Source of the DNA: Rhodobacterales bacterium
GTDB taxonomy: Bacteria > Pseudomonadota > Alphaproteobacteria > Rhodobacterales > Rhodobacteraceae
NCBI GenBank assembly: GCA_021155205.1
Contig: JAJNPS010000016.1
Location: 9,927-73,926 of the forward strand
DNA: 64,000 nucleotides
Direction of reading: 5' to 3'
This document shows, piece after piece, positions 8,337 to 18,716 of the stretch (position 1 is its first letter; every line of letters starts with the position of its first letter). Below the pieces are notes generated by a model, which was not told where the DNA came from, made no database searches, and saw only the letters and a list, made by a program, of their open reading frames with translations. The position numbers and the translations under genes were made by a program.

Positions 8337-11262
8337 CGAACCCGGACCCCGACTGTTTGCGCTGCCGCCGGGCGTCGATTTTCCGCGGGCCTTCGTCGCG
8401 GGCTGCCTTGAACGGTGGACGAAGACCGCGCCAGAGGATGTGGCAAGGGTCACGATCTACCTGAACAGCGAACGCATGCGGCGCGCGGTCAGGGACGCCC
8501 TGACGGCAAGCGGCGCGCGACTTTTGCCGCGCCTGCATCTGGTGACGGACCCGCTGGCCGGACGTCCGGTCGCCGGATTGCCGCAGCCCGTGTCGGACCT
8601 GCGGCGGAAACTGGAACTTGCGCAGCTTGTCCGGCCCATGCTGTCCGGCCCCGATGCGCTTGCACCCCGGTCGACGGCGTTTGCGCTGGCGGAAAGCCTG
8701 GCGGAGCTTTTGGCGGAACTGCAGACCGAGGGGATCGGGCCGGACGCGCTGGCGGCGCTGGACGTGTCGAGCCAGTCGGAACATTGGGGCCGGGCGCTGT
8801 CGTTCCTGTCGATCATCAACGCATATCTTGCTGTTGACGCACAGCCCGACCCGGCCGCGGCACAGCGCCGGGCGGTAGACCTGCTTGGCCTGCGCTGGCA
8901 GGCAAGGCCACCGGCCGACCCGGTCATCGTCGCGGGATCGACCGGATCGCGCGGCACGACCGCGTTGCTGATGCGGCTGGTCGGCAGTTTGCCGCAAGGT
9001 GCCGTGGTCTTGCCCGGATTCGACCGCGATCTGCCGGGTCCGGTCTGGGACAGCCTGTCCGACCCGATGGCGTCCGAGGATCATCCACAATACCGATTTC
9101 GCAAGGTTTGTGACGCTTTCGGGCTTGTTCCCGACGATGTGAAGGACTGGACTACGGCCGTATCGCCCGCGCCAATGCGCAACCGCGTGGTGTCACTGGC
9201 GCTGCGTCCCGCGCCCGTCACTGACCAATGGCTTGTCGAGGGGGCGTTGTTGCCGGACCTGTCGCAGGCGATGGAGGGCGTGGCCCTGATCGAGGCGCCC
9301 ACTGCGCGCGTCGAGGCGCTGGCAATCGCGCTGATGCTGCGCGAGGCTGCCGAAAGCGGCACACCCGCAGCGCTGATCACGCCCGACCGCATGTTGACGC
9401 GGCAGGTAACGGCGGCGCTCGACCGCTGGGGCATCCTGCCCGATGACAGCGCCGGCAAGCCGCTGGGCTTGTCGGCGCCGGGTCGGCTGGTGCAGCAGGT
9501 CGCAAGACTGCTCGGGGCGCGTCCGATGCTGGATGCGGTTCTGGCCCTGCTCAAGCACCCGCTCAGTTTCAGCGGGGGCGACAGGGCCGATCACCTGCGG
9601 CTGACCCGCGAGTTGGAACTGTCGTTCCGCCGCAATGGCCCTGTCTTTCCGGATGGCGCGGGCGTTCTGGTCTGGGCCGGGGCGCGCAAGGACAGCGATG
9701 CTGCGATGCCCTGGGCACGAAAGCTGGCGGCGATCCTTGACACCGCGGCGCGGGCGGAAACCGCGACGCTGGCCGACCACGTCGCGATGCACCGGGCACT
9801 GGCCGAAGCGTTGGCGCGCGGCGAGGCGGACAGTGGAACCGGCGGGCTGTGGGATCTCGCCCCCGGTCAGGCCGTCAGGTCGGCGATGGAGGCGCTGGCC
9901 ACCGACGCGGATGCGGGCGGCGTGCTGACGGTGGCCGAATATGCCGATCTGATCCGCGCCTACCTGGCCAGTGGCGAGGTCCGGGAGCCGGTACTGGCCC
10001 ATCCCGGTATCCGCATCCTCGGGACCGTCGAGGCGCGGGTACTGGGTGCCGAACTGGTGATCCTCGGCGGGCTGAACGAAGGTGTCTGGCCCGGTCTTGC
10101 GGCGCCGGACCCCTGGCTCAACCGGCAAATGCGCCAGAATGCGGGTCTGTTGCTGCCGGAACGCCGGATCGGCCTTGCGGCGCACGACTTTCAGCTGGCT
10201 GCTGCCGCCCCGCGTGTGGTCCTGACCCGCGCCCAGCGGGATGCCGAGGCGGAAACGGTCGCCTCGCGCTGGGTGAACCGGCTGACGAACCTTCTGGCCG
10301 GGCTGCCGGACCGCAGCGGGCCCGAGGCGCTGGCGCGGATGCGCCTGGGTGGCAAGGTCTGGGTGGATCGCGCCGTGGCGCTGGAACGGCCTGTGACGGA
10401 CGTGCCGCCCGCCCATCGCCCGTCGCCACGCCCGCCGGTCGGTCATCGTCCAAAGCGGTTGTCTCTGACACGGATCGAACGGTTGATCAGAAACCCCTAT
10501 GAAATCTACGCGCGAGACATTCTGCGGCTCAGGCCGCTTGATCCGCTGCGGCCTGAACCCGACCCGCGGTTGCGTGGTACGGTCCTGCACCGGATCCTTG
10601 AGGAATTTGTCCGTGCCCGACCCGATGCAGAACCGCGCGACGCGGCGCGCATAAGGTTTCTTGCGCTGACTTCGGACATCCTGGGCCAGTCGGTGGCCTG
10701 GCCAAGCGCACGGCTGATCTGGCGGGCACGGATGGAGGCGGCGGTCGATGCGTTTCTGGCATTCGATGCCGACGGGGCCGGTACGCCCCTGGCGCTGGAA
10801 GAAGACGGCGCGTTGCCGCTTGCGGGGGGCACATTTCATCTGGTCGGCCGACCTGACCGGATCGACATCCTTGGCTCGGGCAAGGCGCTACTGGTTGACT
10901 ACAAGACCGGCGCGCCGCCCACCGCAGAACAGCAACGGACCTATGCCAAGCAGCTTTTGCTTGCGGCGGTGATGGCAGAGGACGGCGGATTTGCGAAACT
11001 GGGGCCGCTGGAGGTCGAAAGGATCGTCTATCTTGGCCTGAAAGAGGGTCTGCCGCGCGTCGAGACGCTGATCACGCCGGATCTCTTGGCCGATGTCCGT
11101 GCAGGGCTGCAAAACCTGATCGCCCGCTATTCGCGACCCCATCAGGGCTATACTGCGCGGCGCGCGATGTTCAAGATGACCGATGCCACGGACTACGACG
11201 CCCTGTCGCGGTTCGGCGAATGGGACATCAGCAGCGCGCCCCGGACGGAGGATGTCCGGTGA
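8329..11262 (+). CDS. addB: Double-strand break repair protein AddB (alphaproteobacterial type)
   Basis: About 977 aa. Typical N-terminus ...RLFALPPGVDFPRAFVAG, degenerate P-loop AGSTGSRGTT, and C-terminal RecB-type nuclease motif LLVDYKTG. Start taken as the GTG at 8329, which overlaps the murU stop by 8 nt. GTG 8320 and ATG 8272 or 8206 are alternatives. Confidence 0.9.
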   Translation: MFSEPGPRLFALPPGVDFPRAFVAGCLERWTKTAPEDVARVTIYLNSERMRRAVRDALTASGARLLPRLHLVTDPLAGRPVAGLPQPVSDLRRKLELAQLVRPMLSGPDALAPRSTAFALAESLAELLAELQTEGIGPDALAALDVSSQSEHWGRALSFLSIINAYLAVDAQPDPAAAQRRAVDLLGLRWQARPPADPVIVAGSTGSRGTTALLMRLVGSLPQGAVVLPGFDRDLPGPVWDSLSDPMASEDHPQYRFRKVCDAFGLVPDDVKDWTTAVSPAPMRNRVVSLALRPAPVTDQWLVEGALLPDLSQAMEGVALIEAPTARVEALAIALMLREAAESGTPAALITPDRMLTRQVTAALDRWGILPDDSAGKPLGLSAPGRLVQQVARLLGARPMLDAVLALLKHPLSFSGGDRADHLRLTRELELSFRRNGPVFPDGAGVLVWAGARKDSDAAMPWARKLAAILDTAARAETATLADHVAMHRALAEALARGEADSGTGGLWDLAPGQAVRSAMEALATDADAGGVLTVAEYADLIRAYLASGEVREPVLAHPGIRILGTVEARVLGAELVILGGLNEGVWPGLAAPDPWLNRQMRQNAGLLLPERRIGLAAHDFQLAAAAPRVVLTRAQRDAEAETVASRWVNRLTNLLAGLPDRSGPEALARMRLGGKVWVDRAVALERPVTDVPPAHRPSPRPPVGHRPKRLSLTRIERLIRNPYEIYARDILRLRPLDPLRPEPDPRLRGTVLHRILEEFVRARPDAEPRDAARIRFLALTSDILGQSVAWPSARLIWRARMEAAVDAFLAFDADGAGTPLALEEDGALPLAGGTFHLVGRPDRIDILGSGKALLVDYKTGAPPTAEQQRTYAKQLLLAAVMAEDGGFAKLGPLEVERIVYLGLKEGLPRVETLITPDLLADVRAGLQNLIARYSRPHQGYTARRAMFKMTDATDYDALSRFGEWDISSAPRTEDVR

Positions 11263-14200
11263 CGGTACTGAATGCCGCCACCATCGCGCAGATGCGGGCG
11301 GCTGATCCCGCGCAGTCAACCTGGCTGTCGGCCAATGCGGGATCGGGCAAGACGCGCGTGCTGACTGACCGGGTTGCGCGGCTGTTGCTGCACGGTGTGG
11401 AACCGCAGCGCATCCTGTGCCTGACCTATACCAAGGCCGCCGCGACCGAGATGCAGAATCGCCTGTTCAAGCGTCTTGGCGACTGGGCGATGATGCCCGA
11501 CGCGGGCCTGCGCGCGGCACTGGCAGCGCTGGGCGAGGGCGATGCGCTGGATGCTGGCAGGCTGGGCCACGCGCGGCAGCTTTTCGCGCGCGCGATTGAC
11601 ACGCCGGGGGGGCTGCGCATCCAGACCATCCATTCGTTCTGTGCGATGCTTTTGCGCCGCTTTCCGCTGGAGGCGGGCGTGTCGCCCCAATTCACCGAAA
11701 TGGATGACCGCGCGGGCCAGATGCTGCGCGACGATCTGCTGGAGGCAATGGCGGATGGCCCCGACGGTCCGCTGGTCGCACGGCTGGCAGGAATCGTGGC
11801 CGAGGGAAATCTGCCGGGCCTGATCCAGCAGATCACCGGGCGTCGCAGCAGTTTTTCCGCCCCGGTATTGCGTGATACCCTGCTGGCAAGGTTCGATCTT
11901 CCCCCCGGTTTTGACGAACAGGCGCTGATGACCGAGGTCTTTCTGGGCGGCGAGGCCGGGTTGATTGGCGAGATTGTCGAGACCACGACAAGGCTCGGCA
12001 AAGGCCTGCGCGAACGGGACATCCTGAAAGCTGTCGATTTTTCAGCGCCGTCACTCGCGGCATTGCGGGCGCTTGAGCGTACCCTGTTGCGTCAGGGCGA
12101 CGGCGCAAAAGGAGCGGCGGGCGAAGCCAGGATCGGGGATTTCCCGGTCAAGGATGCCCGGACACGCCTCGCCGACCGGATGCCCCGGATCGAGGGTCTG
12201 ATGCGGCGCGTCGAGGCGGCGATGCCGCGCAGGCTGGCGCTGAATGCGGTTGATCGTACCATCGTCCTGCATGATTTCGCGCGCGCCTTTTTTGACCGCT
12301 ACGCTGCCGCCAAGGCGATGCGCGGCTGGCTGGATTTTGACGACCTGATCCAGCACGCAAAGCGCCTTCTGACCGAACCCGGACTGGCCGCCTGGGTGCT
12401 TTACCGGCTGGATGGCGGCATTGATCATGTGCTGGTGGACGAGGCACAGGATACCAGCCCGGACCAGTGGCACGTCATCCAAAGCCTGACGGACGAGTTC
12501 TTTGTCGGGCAAAGCCGCGCCCGCGATGACCGGACGGTTTTTGTCGTGGGTGACAAGAAGCAGTCGATCTATTCATTCCAGGGTGCGGATGTCGCGGCCT
12601 TTGACCGGATGCAGGACCACTTTCAGGCGCGGTCCTCGGCCGTTGGCAGGGCGCTGGTTCCCGGTCAGCTACGGCATTCGTTCCGGTCATCGCAGAACAT
12701 CCTGCGGCTGGTCGATCTGGTGTTTCAGGGAGATGCGCGCGCGGCCCTTGGCGGGGATGTCGCGCATGTGTCGTTTCACGAAGATCAACCGGGGCGGATC
12801 GACCTCTGGCCGGTGGTGCCGTCGTCGGCGGACCCAAAGGACCAGAACCCGTTTGATCCGGTGGACATCGTAGGCGAGGCCAGCGCGCAAGCGACCCTTG
12901 CGACGCAAATCGCGACCGAGATTTCCAGCCTGTTGGCGGCGGGTACGCAGATTTGCGTCGGTGGCGCCGTCCGTCCGGTTCATGCTGGCGACTTTCTGAT
13001 CCTGGTTCAGCGGCGTTCGACACTGTTTGGCGAAATCATCCGCGCCTGCAAGAAGGCGGACCTGCCTATCGCGGGTTCTGATCGGTTGCGTCTCGGGGCC
13101 GAGATTGCGGTCAAGGATCTTGCGGCGTTGCTGGCATTTCTGGCCACGCCGGAGGATGATCTTTCGCTGGCGACGGTCCTGCGGTCGCCCCTGTGCGGGC
13201 TGTCCGAGAGCCAGCTTTATGCGCTGGCGCAACCGCGCAAAGGCTATCTCTGGCAGGCTCTGCGCGAGGCGGGTGATGGTTTCGCCGCCGTAAACGCGAT
13301 GCTGGCCGATCTGATGGCACAGGCGGACTTTCTGCGCCCCTATGAACTGATCGAGCGCGTGCTGACGCGGCATGACGGCAGGCGGCGGCTGCTGGCGCGC
13401 CTTGGACCCGAGGCCGAGGACGGCATCGACGAACTGCTGCAGCAGGCACTGGCGCATGAACGGCGCGACATTCCCAGCCTGACCAGTTTTCTGGTGGCGC
13501 TGCAAACGGATGATGTCGAGGTCAAGCGCCAGGCCGACGGTGCCGGTCGACGCATTCGTGTGATGACGGTCCACGGCGCCAAGGGTCTTGAGGCGCCGGT
13601 TGTCATCCTTCCCGATACCGCTGATCGCGCACCGAACGACCGCGACCGTCTGGTGCGGATGAAGGATGGAACCGTGCTGGATCGCCCCCCGGCATCGGAT
13701 TTGCCAAGGGCACTGAAAGAGGCGCGCGCCAAAAAGGCCGTGCAGGACGAGGAAGAACGCCTGCGCCTTTTGTACGTGGCGATGACCCGTGCGCAAAGCT
13801 GGCTGATCGTGGCGGCGGCAGGCACGGTCTCGCAGCCGCAGGCCTGGTATGCGATGCTGGCACAGGGGATGCGGCTGCTTGGTCCCAATGTGGCGCTGTC
13901 TGGCGGTCGCCAGAGGCATGAATTTGGCATCTGGCCCGCCAGTCTGGGTATCGCCGAGGTGCTGGACGCGCCTGTCGTCGTCTTGCCTGACTGGGTTCAT
14001 GGACCCGCGCCCGTCCCTACCCCGGCAACAGAGCAGATGTCGCCCTCTGCGCTGGGTGGTGCCAAGGCCCTGCCGGGCGAGCTTGGCCTTGAGGCAGACC
14101 TGGCCAAGGCACAGGGCACGGCCTTGCATCTGCTGCTGGAGCATCTGCCTGATGCGGCTCCTGCTGACCGGCCCGCGCTCGCGGCCGCGCTGGTGCCGCA

Positions 14201-14591
14201 GGACGACCTGCGGGCCGCGGTCTTGCCTCAGGTCACGGCGATCCTTGCGGACGACGGGTTGCACCATCTGTTCGGTCCCGAAAGCATGGCCGAGGCGGCG
14301 CTGACCGCCGACCTTGGCGGGCGCCGCATGACGGGCACTGTCGACCGTCTGGTCGTCACGCGCGACCAGGTACTTGCGGTGGATTTCAAATCGAACCGGG
14401 TTGTGCCCGACAGTCCCGAACGGGTGCCCGACGGCATACTGGCGCAGATGGGCGCCTATGCTCGGGCGCTGCAGCAGATCTATCCCGACCGGCAGGTCGC
14501 GGTGGCGGTGCTGTGGACATCGGTGCCGCATCTGATGCCCCTTGATCTCGACATCGTGAGGCGGGCACTGGCCACGGCCACCAAGGCTTGA
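11259..14591 (+). CDS. addA: Double-strand break repair helicase-nuclease AddA
   Basis: UvrD-like helicase motifs (ANAGSGKTRVLTDR, VLVDEAQDTSP, VGDKKQSIYSFQGA, VMTVHGAKGLEAPVV) and a C-terminal nuclease motif (LAVDFKSN). GTG 11259 forms a GTGA overlap with the addB stop. ATG 11220 is an alternative. Confidence 0.93.
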   Translation: MTVLNAATIAQMRAADPAQSTWLSANAGSGKTRVLTDRVARLLLHGVEPQRILCLTYTKAAATEMQNRLFKRLGDWAMMPDAGLRAALAALGEGDALDAGRLGHARQLFARAIDTPGGLRIQTIHSFCAMLLRRFPLEAGVSPQFTEMDDRAGQMLRDDLLEAMADGPDGPLVARLAGIVAEGNLPGLIQQITGRRSSFSAPVLRDTLLARFDLPPGFDEQALMTEVFLGGEAGLIGEIVETTTRLGKGLRERDILKAVDFSAPSLAALRALERTLLRQGDGAKGAAGEARIGDFPVKDARTRLADRMPRIEGLMRRVEAAMPRRLALNAVDRTIVLHDFARAFFDRYAAAKAMRGWLDFDDLIQHAKRLLTEPGLAAWVLYRLDGGIDHVLVDEAQDTSPDQWHVIQSLTDEFFVGQSRARDDRTVFVVGDKKQSIYSFQGADVAAFDRMQDHFQARSSAVGRALVPGQLRHSFRSSQNILRLVDLVFQGDARAALGGDVAHVSFHEDQPGRIDLWPVVPSSADPKDQNPFDPVDIVGEASAQATLATQIATEISSLLAAGTQICVGGAVRPVHAGDFLILVQRRSTLFGEIIRACKKADLPIAGSDRLRLGAEIAVKDLAALLAFLATPEDDLSLATVLRSPLCGLSESQLYALAQPRKGYLWQALREAGDGFAAVNAMLADLMAQADFLRPYELIERVLTRHDGRRRLLARLGPEAEDGIDELLQQALAHERRDIPSLTSFLVALQTDDVEVKRQADGAGRRIRVMTVHGAKGLEAPVVILPDTADRAPNDRDRLVRMKDGTVLDRPPASDLPRALKEARAKKAVQDEEERLRLLYVAMTRAQSWLIVAAAGTVSQPQAWYAMLAQGMRLLGPNVALSGGRQRHEFGIWPASLGIAEVLDAPVVVLPDWVHGPAPVPTPATEQMSPSALGGAKALPGELGLEADLAKAQGTALHLLLEHLPDAAPADRPALAAALVPQDDLRAAVLPQVTAILADDGLHHLFGPESMAEAALTADLGGRRMTGTVDRLVVTRDQVLAVDFKSNRVVPDSPERVPDGILAQMGAYARALQQIYPDRQVAVAVLWTSVPHLMPLDLDIVRRALATATKA

Positions 14592-14652
14592 CGTTGGTGC
14601 GGGTGATCCCTAGCTATGAAGGCCTGCCTTGCCGCATTCAGGAGATACGATC

Positions 14653-14979
14653 ATGGGCGCCGCAACTGTCGCCGTCACCGATGCCACCTTTGACGCCGAA
14701 GTGCGCCAGGCGAATTTGCCGGTCATCGTCGATTTCTGGGCCGAATGGTGCGGCCCGTGCCGACAGATCGGGCCTGCGCTGGAGGAACTTGCCGTGCAGT
14801 ATGCCGGCAAGATCAAGATCGTGAAGGTCGATGTGGACCAGAACCCGGACAGCCCGGCAAGCCTGGGCGTGCGCGGCATTCCGGCGCTGTTCATGTTCAA
14901 GAACGGGCAGGTCGTGTCGAACAAGGTCGGGGCCGCGCCCAAGGCGGCGCTGGAAACCTGGATCAAGTCAGCCATTTGA
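14653..14979 (+). CDS. trxA: Thioredoxin
   Basis: 108 aa with active site [16 protein letters not shown] (14640-14645) precedes the ATG at 14653. Confidence 0.95.
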   Translation: MGAATVAVTDATFDAEVRQANLPVIVDFWAEWCGPCRQIGPALEELAVQYAGKIKIVKVDVDQNPDSPASLGVRGIPALFMFKNGQVVSNKVGAAPKAALETWIKSAI

Positions 14980-15000
14980 CCTGAAACGCATGGGGTGTCA

Positions 15001-15031
15001 GGGCGGTCCGGAAGGGCCGCCCTTTCGTTTT
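15001..15031 (+). terminator. Rho-independent terminator after trxA
   Basis: GGGCGGTCC (15001-15009) pairs with GGGCCGCCC (15014-15022) with one G-U pair, around a GGAA tetraloop. The stem is followed by TTTCGTTTT. Confidence 0.75.
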
Positions 15032-15076
15032 GCGCAAGCAGGTCACATATTGCGACCAGGACAACGGAGGTTCCGC

Positions 15077-15634
15077 ATGGCTGACGACAGATTTCCCGGC
15101 TGGCACGGCACGACGATCCTGGCAGTACGCCGGGGCGGTGAGGTTGTGGTGGCGGGTGACGGCCAGGTCAGTCTGGGCCAGACGGTGATCAAAGGCAGCG
15201 CCCGCAAGGTGCGCCGCCTGATGCCGGGCGGCCAGCCGGTGGTGGCGGGGTTTGCCGGGTCCACGGCAGATGCGTTCACCCTGCTGGAGCGGCTGGAGAA
15301 AAAGCTTGAGGCACAGCCCGGACAGCTGGCGCGGGCTTGCGTCGATCTCGCCAAGGACTGGCGGATGGACAAGTACCTGCGGAACCTCGAGGCGATGCTG
15401 ATCGTCACCAACGGCGCGGACCTTTTCGTGATCACCGGCGCCGGCGACGTGCTGGAGCCGGAGCATGACGTGGCGGCCATCGGGTCGGGCGGGAACTATG
15501 CGCTGGCGGCGGCGCGGGGATTGATGACGACCGACCTCGACGCCGAGGACATCGCCCGGCGCGCGATGGCGATTGCCGCAGAAATCTGCGTCTATACCAA
15601 CGGCAACCTGACGGTGGAGCGGATTTCGGCATGA
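15077..15634 (+). CDS. hslV: ATP-dependent protease subunit HslV
   Basis: 185 aa. SD GGAGG precedes the ATG at 15077. N-terminal catalytic Thr context [26 protein letters not shown] motif. Confidence 0.93.
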   Translation: MADDRFPGWHGTTILAVRRGGEVVVAGDGQVSLGQTVIKGSARKVRRLMPGGQPVVAGFAGSTADAFTLLERLEKKLEAQPGQLARACVDLAKDWRMDKYLRNLEAMLIVTNGADLFVITGAGDVLEPEHDVAAIGSGGNYALAAARGLMTTDLDAEDIARRAMAIAAEICVYTNGNLTVERISA

Positions 15635-16713
15635 GTTTTGAACCCGAAGACCTGCGCGCCGCCGTCGCCGCCGGGATATTGACCGAAGCGCAGGCGGCAT
15701 CGGTTACGGCGCTGGCGAATGACAGGGCGGGAAAGCGTGCCGCAATGCCCGCCGAGGACGAACCGTTCGAGTTCTTTCGCGGGTTTTCCGAAATATTCGT
15801 CTCTATCGGCCTGATCATTCTGCTGTCTGGCATCGCCCTGATGCTGGGCTGGTTCGGCGGGTTTGCGATGTTGTCTCTGCTACCCCTGATCTCGGCCGGT
15901 ATCTGCTGGTGGTGGGCGGGATATTTCACGCTGAAGCGTCGGATGAACCTGCCCTCGATGGTGTTGGCATCGGCATTTGGCGCGGGTATTTATGTGTCGG
16001 TCATCACGATCCTTGGCCAGGCAAACGTGCCTCTTCGGACAACGGTCGTCGGGGCGTTTGTGCTGGCGGCTGTCGGGATGGCTGTCTGGTATCGGCGGTT
16101 TCGCCTTCCATTTTCAGCATTCATCCTGGGGCTTTTCGCGTTGGGCGCGATCTACACCATGACTGCGTCAATCGACGCCCTGGGTGGATTTGTGTCGGGC
16201 AGCCGCAATGGGCTCGATGGGCTTTTCGACTTGCGCGAAAGCCCGCAGTTCGCGTTTGCAACGCTGGGTTTCGGGATCGCATGTTTCCTTGTCGGCATGT
16301 GGTTCGACACCCGCGACCCCTACCGCCTTGGGCGCCACGCGGCGACGGCGTTCTGGCTGCATCTGCTGGCGGCCCCGGCGCTGGTCAACACGGTTGCCCT
16401 GACGCTTTACAACACGGGCGGAACGACCGGGATCGGTCTGCTGGTCGTCGCCCTCGCGATCATCACGGTTCTGGCTCTGGTGATCGACCGGCGGTCGTTC
16501 CTGACGGCCGCGATTGCCTACATCGCGCTGGTCATCGCCTGGCTGGTCGGCGATGGCGGCAATTTCGGCACCTGGACGTTCATCCTGATCGCACTTGGCG
16601 CCATCGTAACGGCCATCGGAACCTGGTGGGTGCCGCTGCGTGCCTTTGTCATGCGCGTCCTGCCCGACTTTCCCGGCAAGTCGCGCCTTCCCCCCTATGC
16701 GAGTGCAGAATGA
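15631..16713 (+). CDS. Polytopic membrane protein of unknown function inserted between hslV and hslU
   Basis: 360 aa. The soluble N-terminal ~55 aa ([20 protein letters not shown]) are followed by about ten hydrophobic segments. ATGA overlaps occur at both ends (15631-15634 with hslV; 16710-16713 with hslU). The N-terminal GIL-T-x-EQA pattern is reminiscent of DUF2157, but this is unverified. Confidence 0.7.
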   Translation: MSFEPEDLRAAVAAGILTEAQAASVTALANDRAGKRAAMPAEDEPFEFFRGFSEIFVSIGLIILLSGIALMLGWFGGFAMLSLLPLISAGICWWWAGYFTLKRRMNLPSMVLASAFGAGIYVSVITILGQANVPLRTTVVGAFVLAAVGMAVWYRRFRLPFSAFILGLFALGAIYTMTASIDALGGFVSGSRNGLDGLFDLRESPQFAFATLGFGIACFLVGMWFDTRDPYRLGRHAATAFWLHLLAAPALVNTVALTLYNTGGTTGIGLLVVALAIITVLALVIDRRSFLTAAIAYIALVIAWLVGDGGNFGTWTFILIALGAIVTAIGTWWVPLRAFVMRVLPDFPGKSRLPPYASAE

Positions 16714-18008
16714 CCGACCTGACCCCCCGCGAGATCGTTTCGGAACTGGACCGCTACATCATCGGGCAGGCCGAGGCGAAACGTGCCGTCGCCGTCGCGT
16801 TGCGGAACCGCTGGCGGCGCAAACGCCTCTCGGCGGATCTGCGCGATGAGGTGTACCCCAAGAACATCCTGATGATCGGACCGACCGGCGTCGGCAAGAC
16901 AGAGATCAGCCGCCGTCTCGCCAAGCTGGCGAAGGCCCCGTTCCTCAAGGTGGAGGCGACCAAGTTCACCGAAGTCGGCTATGTCGGGCGCGACGTGGAC
17001 AGCATCATCCGCGATCTGGTCGATGCCGCGATGAACGACACCCGCGCGCAGATGCGCGAGGATGTGAAGGCGCGCGCCGCGAAATCGGCCGAGGATCGCG
17101 TGATCGAGGCGCTGGCCGGCAAGGACGCACGCGAACAGACGCGCGAGATGTTCCGGGGGAAGCTGAAACGCGGCGAACTGGACGACACCGTGATCGAGAT
17201 TGAGGTCACGGATGCCTCGCCCGCCATGGGTGCGCTGCCAATGATGCCGGGGATGGAAAGCCAGATGCAGGGGTTGCAAGATCTCTTCAAGGCATTCGGG
17301 AGCCGCACGACGCGCAAGAAGGTGACGGTGGCCGACAGCTATGACCTTTTGATCGGGCAAGAGGCGGACAAGCTTTTGGACGATGACACCATCAAGGCGG
17401 CGGCGCTGGAGGCGGTGCAGGAAAATGGCATCGTGTTCCTGGACGAGATCGACAAGATCTGCGCCCGCGCCGATGCGCGCGGCGCCGATGTCAGCCGCGA
17501 AGGCGTGCAGCGCGACCTGCTGCCACTGATCGAGGGCACGACCGTCAGCACGAAATATGGGCCGATCAAGACCGACCATATCCTGTTCATCGCGTCGGGT
17601 GCGTTCCACATCGCCAAGCCGTCAGACCTGTTGCCCGAACTGCAGGGCCGTCTGCCGATCCGGGTGGAGTTGAAACCCCTGACCGAAGGCGATTTTGTGC
17701 GGATCCTGACCGAGACGGACAATGCGCTGACGCGGCAATACACGGCGATGCTGGGCACGGAAAAGGTGGAGGTCAGCTTTACCACCGACGGAATTGCCGC
17801 GCTGGCGCGGATCGCGGCAGAGGTCAACCAGAGCGTCGAGAACATCGGGGCGCGCAGGCTTTATACGGTGATGGAACGCGTGTTCGAGGAGCTTTCGTTT
17901 ACCGCACCGGATCGCGGCGGCGAGCGTGTCACCGTTGATGCCGCCTTTGTCGAACAGCATATCGGCGCGCTGTCCCGATCGGCCGACCTGTCGCGCTACG
18001 TGCTATAG
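16710..18008 (+). CDS. hslU: ATP-dependent protease ATPase subunit HslU
   Basis: 432 aa from the ATG at 16710 ([20 protein letters not shown]). Walker [16 protein letters not shown], Walker [11 protein letters not shown]. The 699-aa ORF-track version is an upstream extension through the membrane gene in another frame. Confidence 0.95.
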   Translation: MTDLTPREIVSELDRYIIGQAEAKRAVAVALRNRWRRKRLSADLRDEVYPKNILMIGPTGVGKTEISRRLAKLAKAPFLKVEATKFTEVGYVGRDVDSIIRDLVDAAMNDTRAQMREDVKARAAKSAEDRVIEALAGKDAREQTREMFRGKLKRGELDDTVIEIEVTDASPAMGALPMMPGMESQMQGLQDLFKAFGSRTTRKKVTVADSYDLLIGQEADKLLDDDTIKAAALEAVQENGIVFLDEIDKICARADARGADVSREGVQRDLLPLIEGTTVSTKYGPIKTDHILFIASGAFHIAKPSDLLPELQGRLPIRVELKPLTEGDFVRILTETDNALTRQYTAMLGTEKVEVSFTTDGIAALARIAAEVNQSVENIGARRLYTVMERVFEELSFTAPDRGGERVTVDAAFVEQHIGALSRSADLSRYVL

Positions 18009-18011
18009 GCG

Positions 18012-18716
18012 TCAGACCATCCGGATCACGTCCTTGCCGACCGCCAGCACATAGCCGCGCCGGGCAATGGTCTTGATCAAGAGTTCGCTGACCAGCTGGT
18101 TGCCCAGCGTGTCGCGCAGCCGCTTGACGCGGGTGGCACCGGCGGCCTCGTCGCAGTCCGCCTCGTTCCGGCCCGACACGACCGCCTCGATCTGCGCGCC
18201 GGTCAGTACTTCGTCATCCATCCGCGCCTCGGCCAGAACCGACAGTGTTTCGAGTGCCGCCTCGGTCAGGGCAAATTCCATGTCGTTGATGTAAACCGCG
18301 CGACCCTCGCGGCTGATCATCAACGACGCGACCTGTATGCCCGACCGCTGGATCGCCGAGATGCGGCGGTTCAAGGCGATGATCGTCACCAGAAAGACCA
18401 ACGCTGCCAGCAGCAATGCGGTGGAGAAAACCAGCAGCACGAAGATCACCATGCGATAGCTTTGCAAGACTTCGGAAAACGACGTGCCGGACTGCGCCAG
18501 AATCTCCAGCAACTTGATGTCCTGGCCAGATGTCAGATTGTTGTTTTCGACAAAAATCTGCTCGACCTTGGCGTTGAAGGCATTGGCATCCGGCAGGCTG
18601 ACGAACAGGAATACCGCCGCCGCCAGCAGGATCGCGACAATGGCGGCAATGCCCCAGCCGACGACGCGGTTGCCGGCCTTAAGGCTGTCAGTAGCGGAGG
18701 TAGTAATCCCCTGCAC
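18012..18716 (-). CDS. Two-TM membrane protein with a C-terminal OmpR/PhoB-type winged-helix DNA-binding domain
   Basis: Two long hydrophobic segments are separated by ~50 polar residues. The C-terminal ~100 aa then fit the Trans_reg_C pattern (FALTEAALETLSVLAE..VLTGAQIE..RVKRLRDTLG..LIKTIARRGYVL). GTG 18716 has a purine-rich SD (GAGGAAAGGAAAG). The ORF-track ATG 18764 has none. Either start overlaps the upstream 95-aa gene. Confidence 0.65.
   Translation of the reverse strand: MQGITTSATDSLKAGNRVVGWGIAAIVAILLAAAVFLFVSLPDANAFNAKVEQIFVENNNLTSGQDIKLLEILAQSGTSFSEVLQSYRMVIFVLLVFSTALLLAALVFLVTIIALNRRISAIQRSGIQVASLMISREGRAVYINDMEFALTEAALETLSVLAEARMDDEVLTGAQIEAVVSGRNEADCDEAAGATRVKRLRDTLGNQLVSELLIKTIARRGYVLAVGKDVIRMV

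Noticed and set aside
9193-10839. 548-aa minus-strand ORF, and the overlapping 8104-9090 ORF
   Set aside because: Antisense to addB/murU, with no recognisable domains and Arg-rich junk composition. Shadow ORFs.
12687-14531. 614-aa minus-strand ORF
   Set aside because: It is entirely antisense to addA, which has clear helicase and nuclease motifs. The composition is Arg/Gln/Pro-rich. Shadow ORF.
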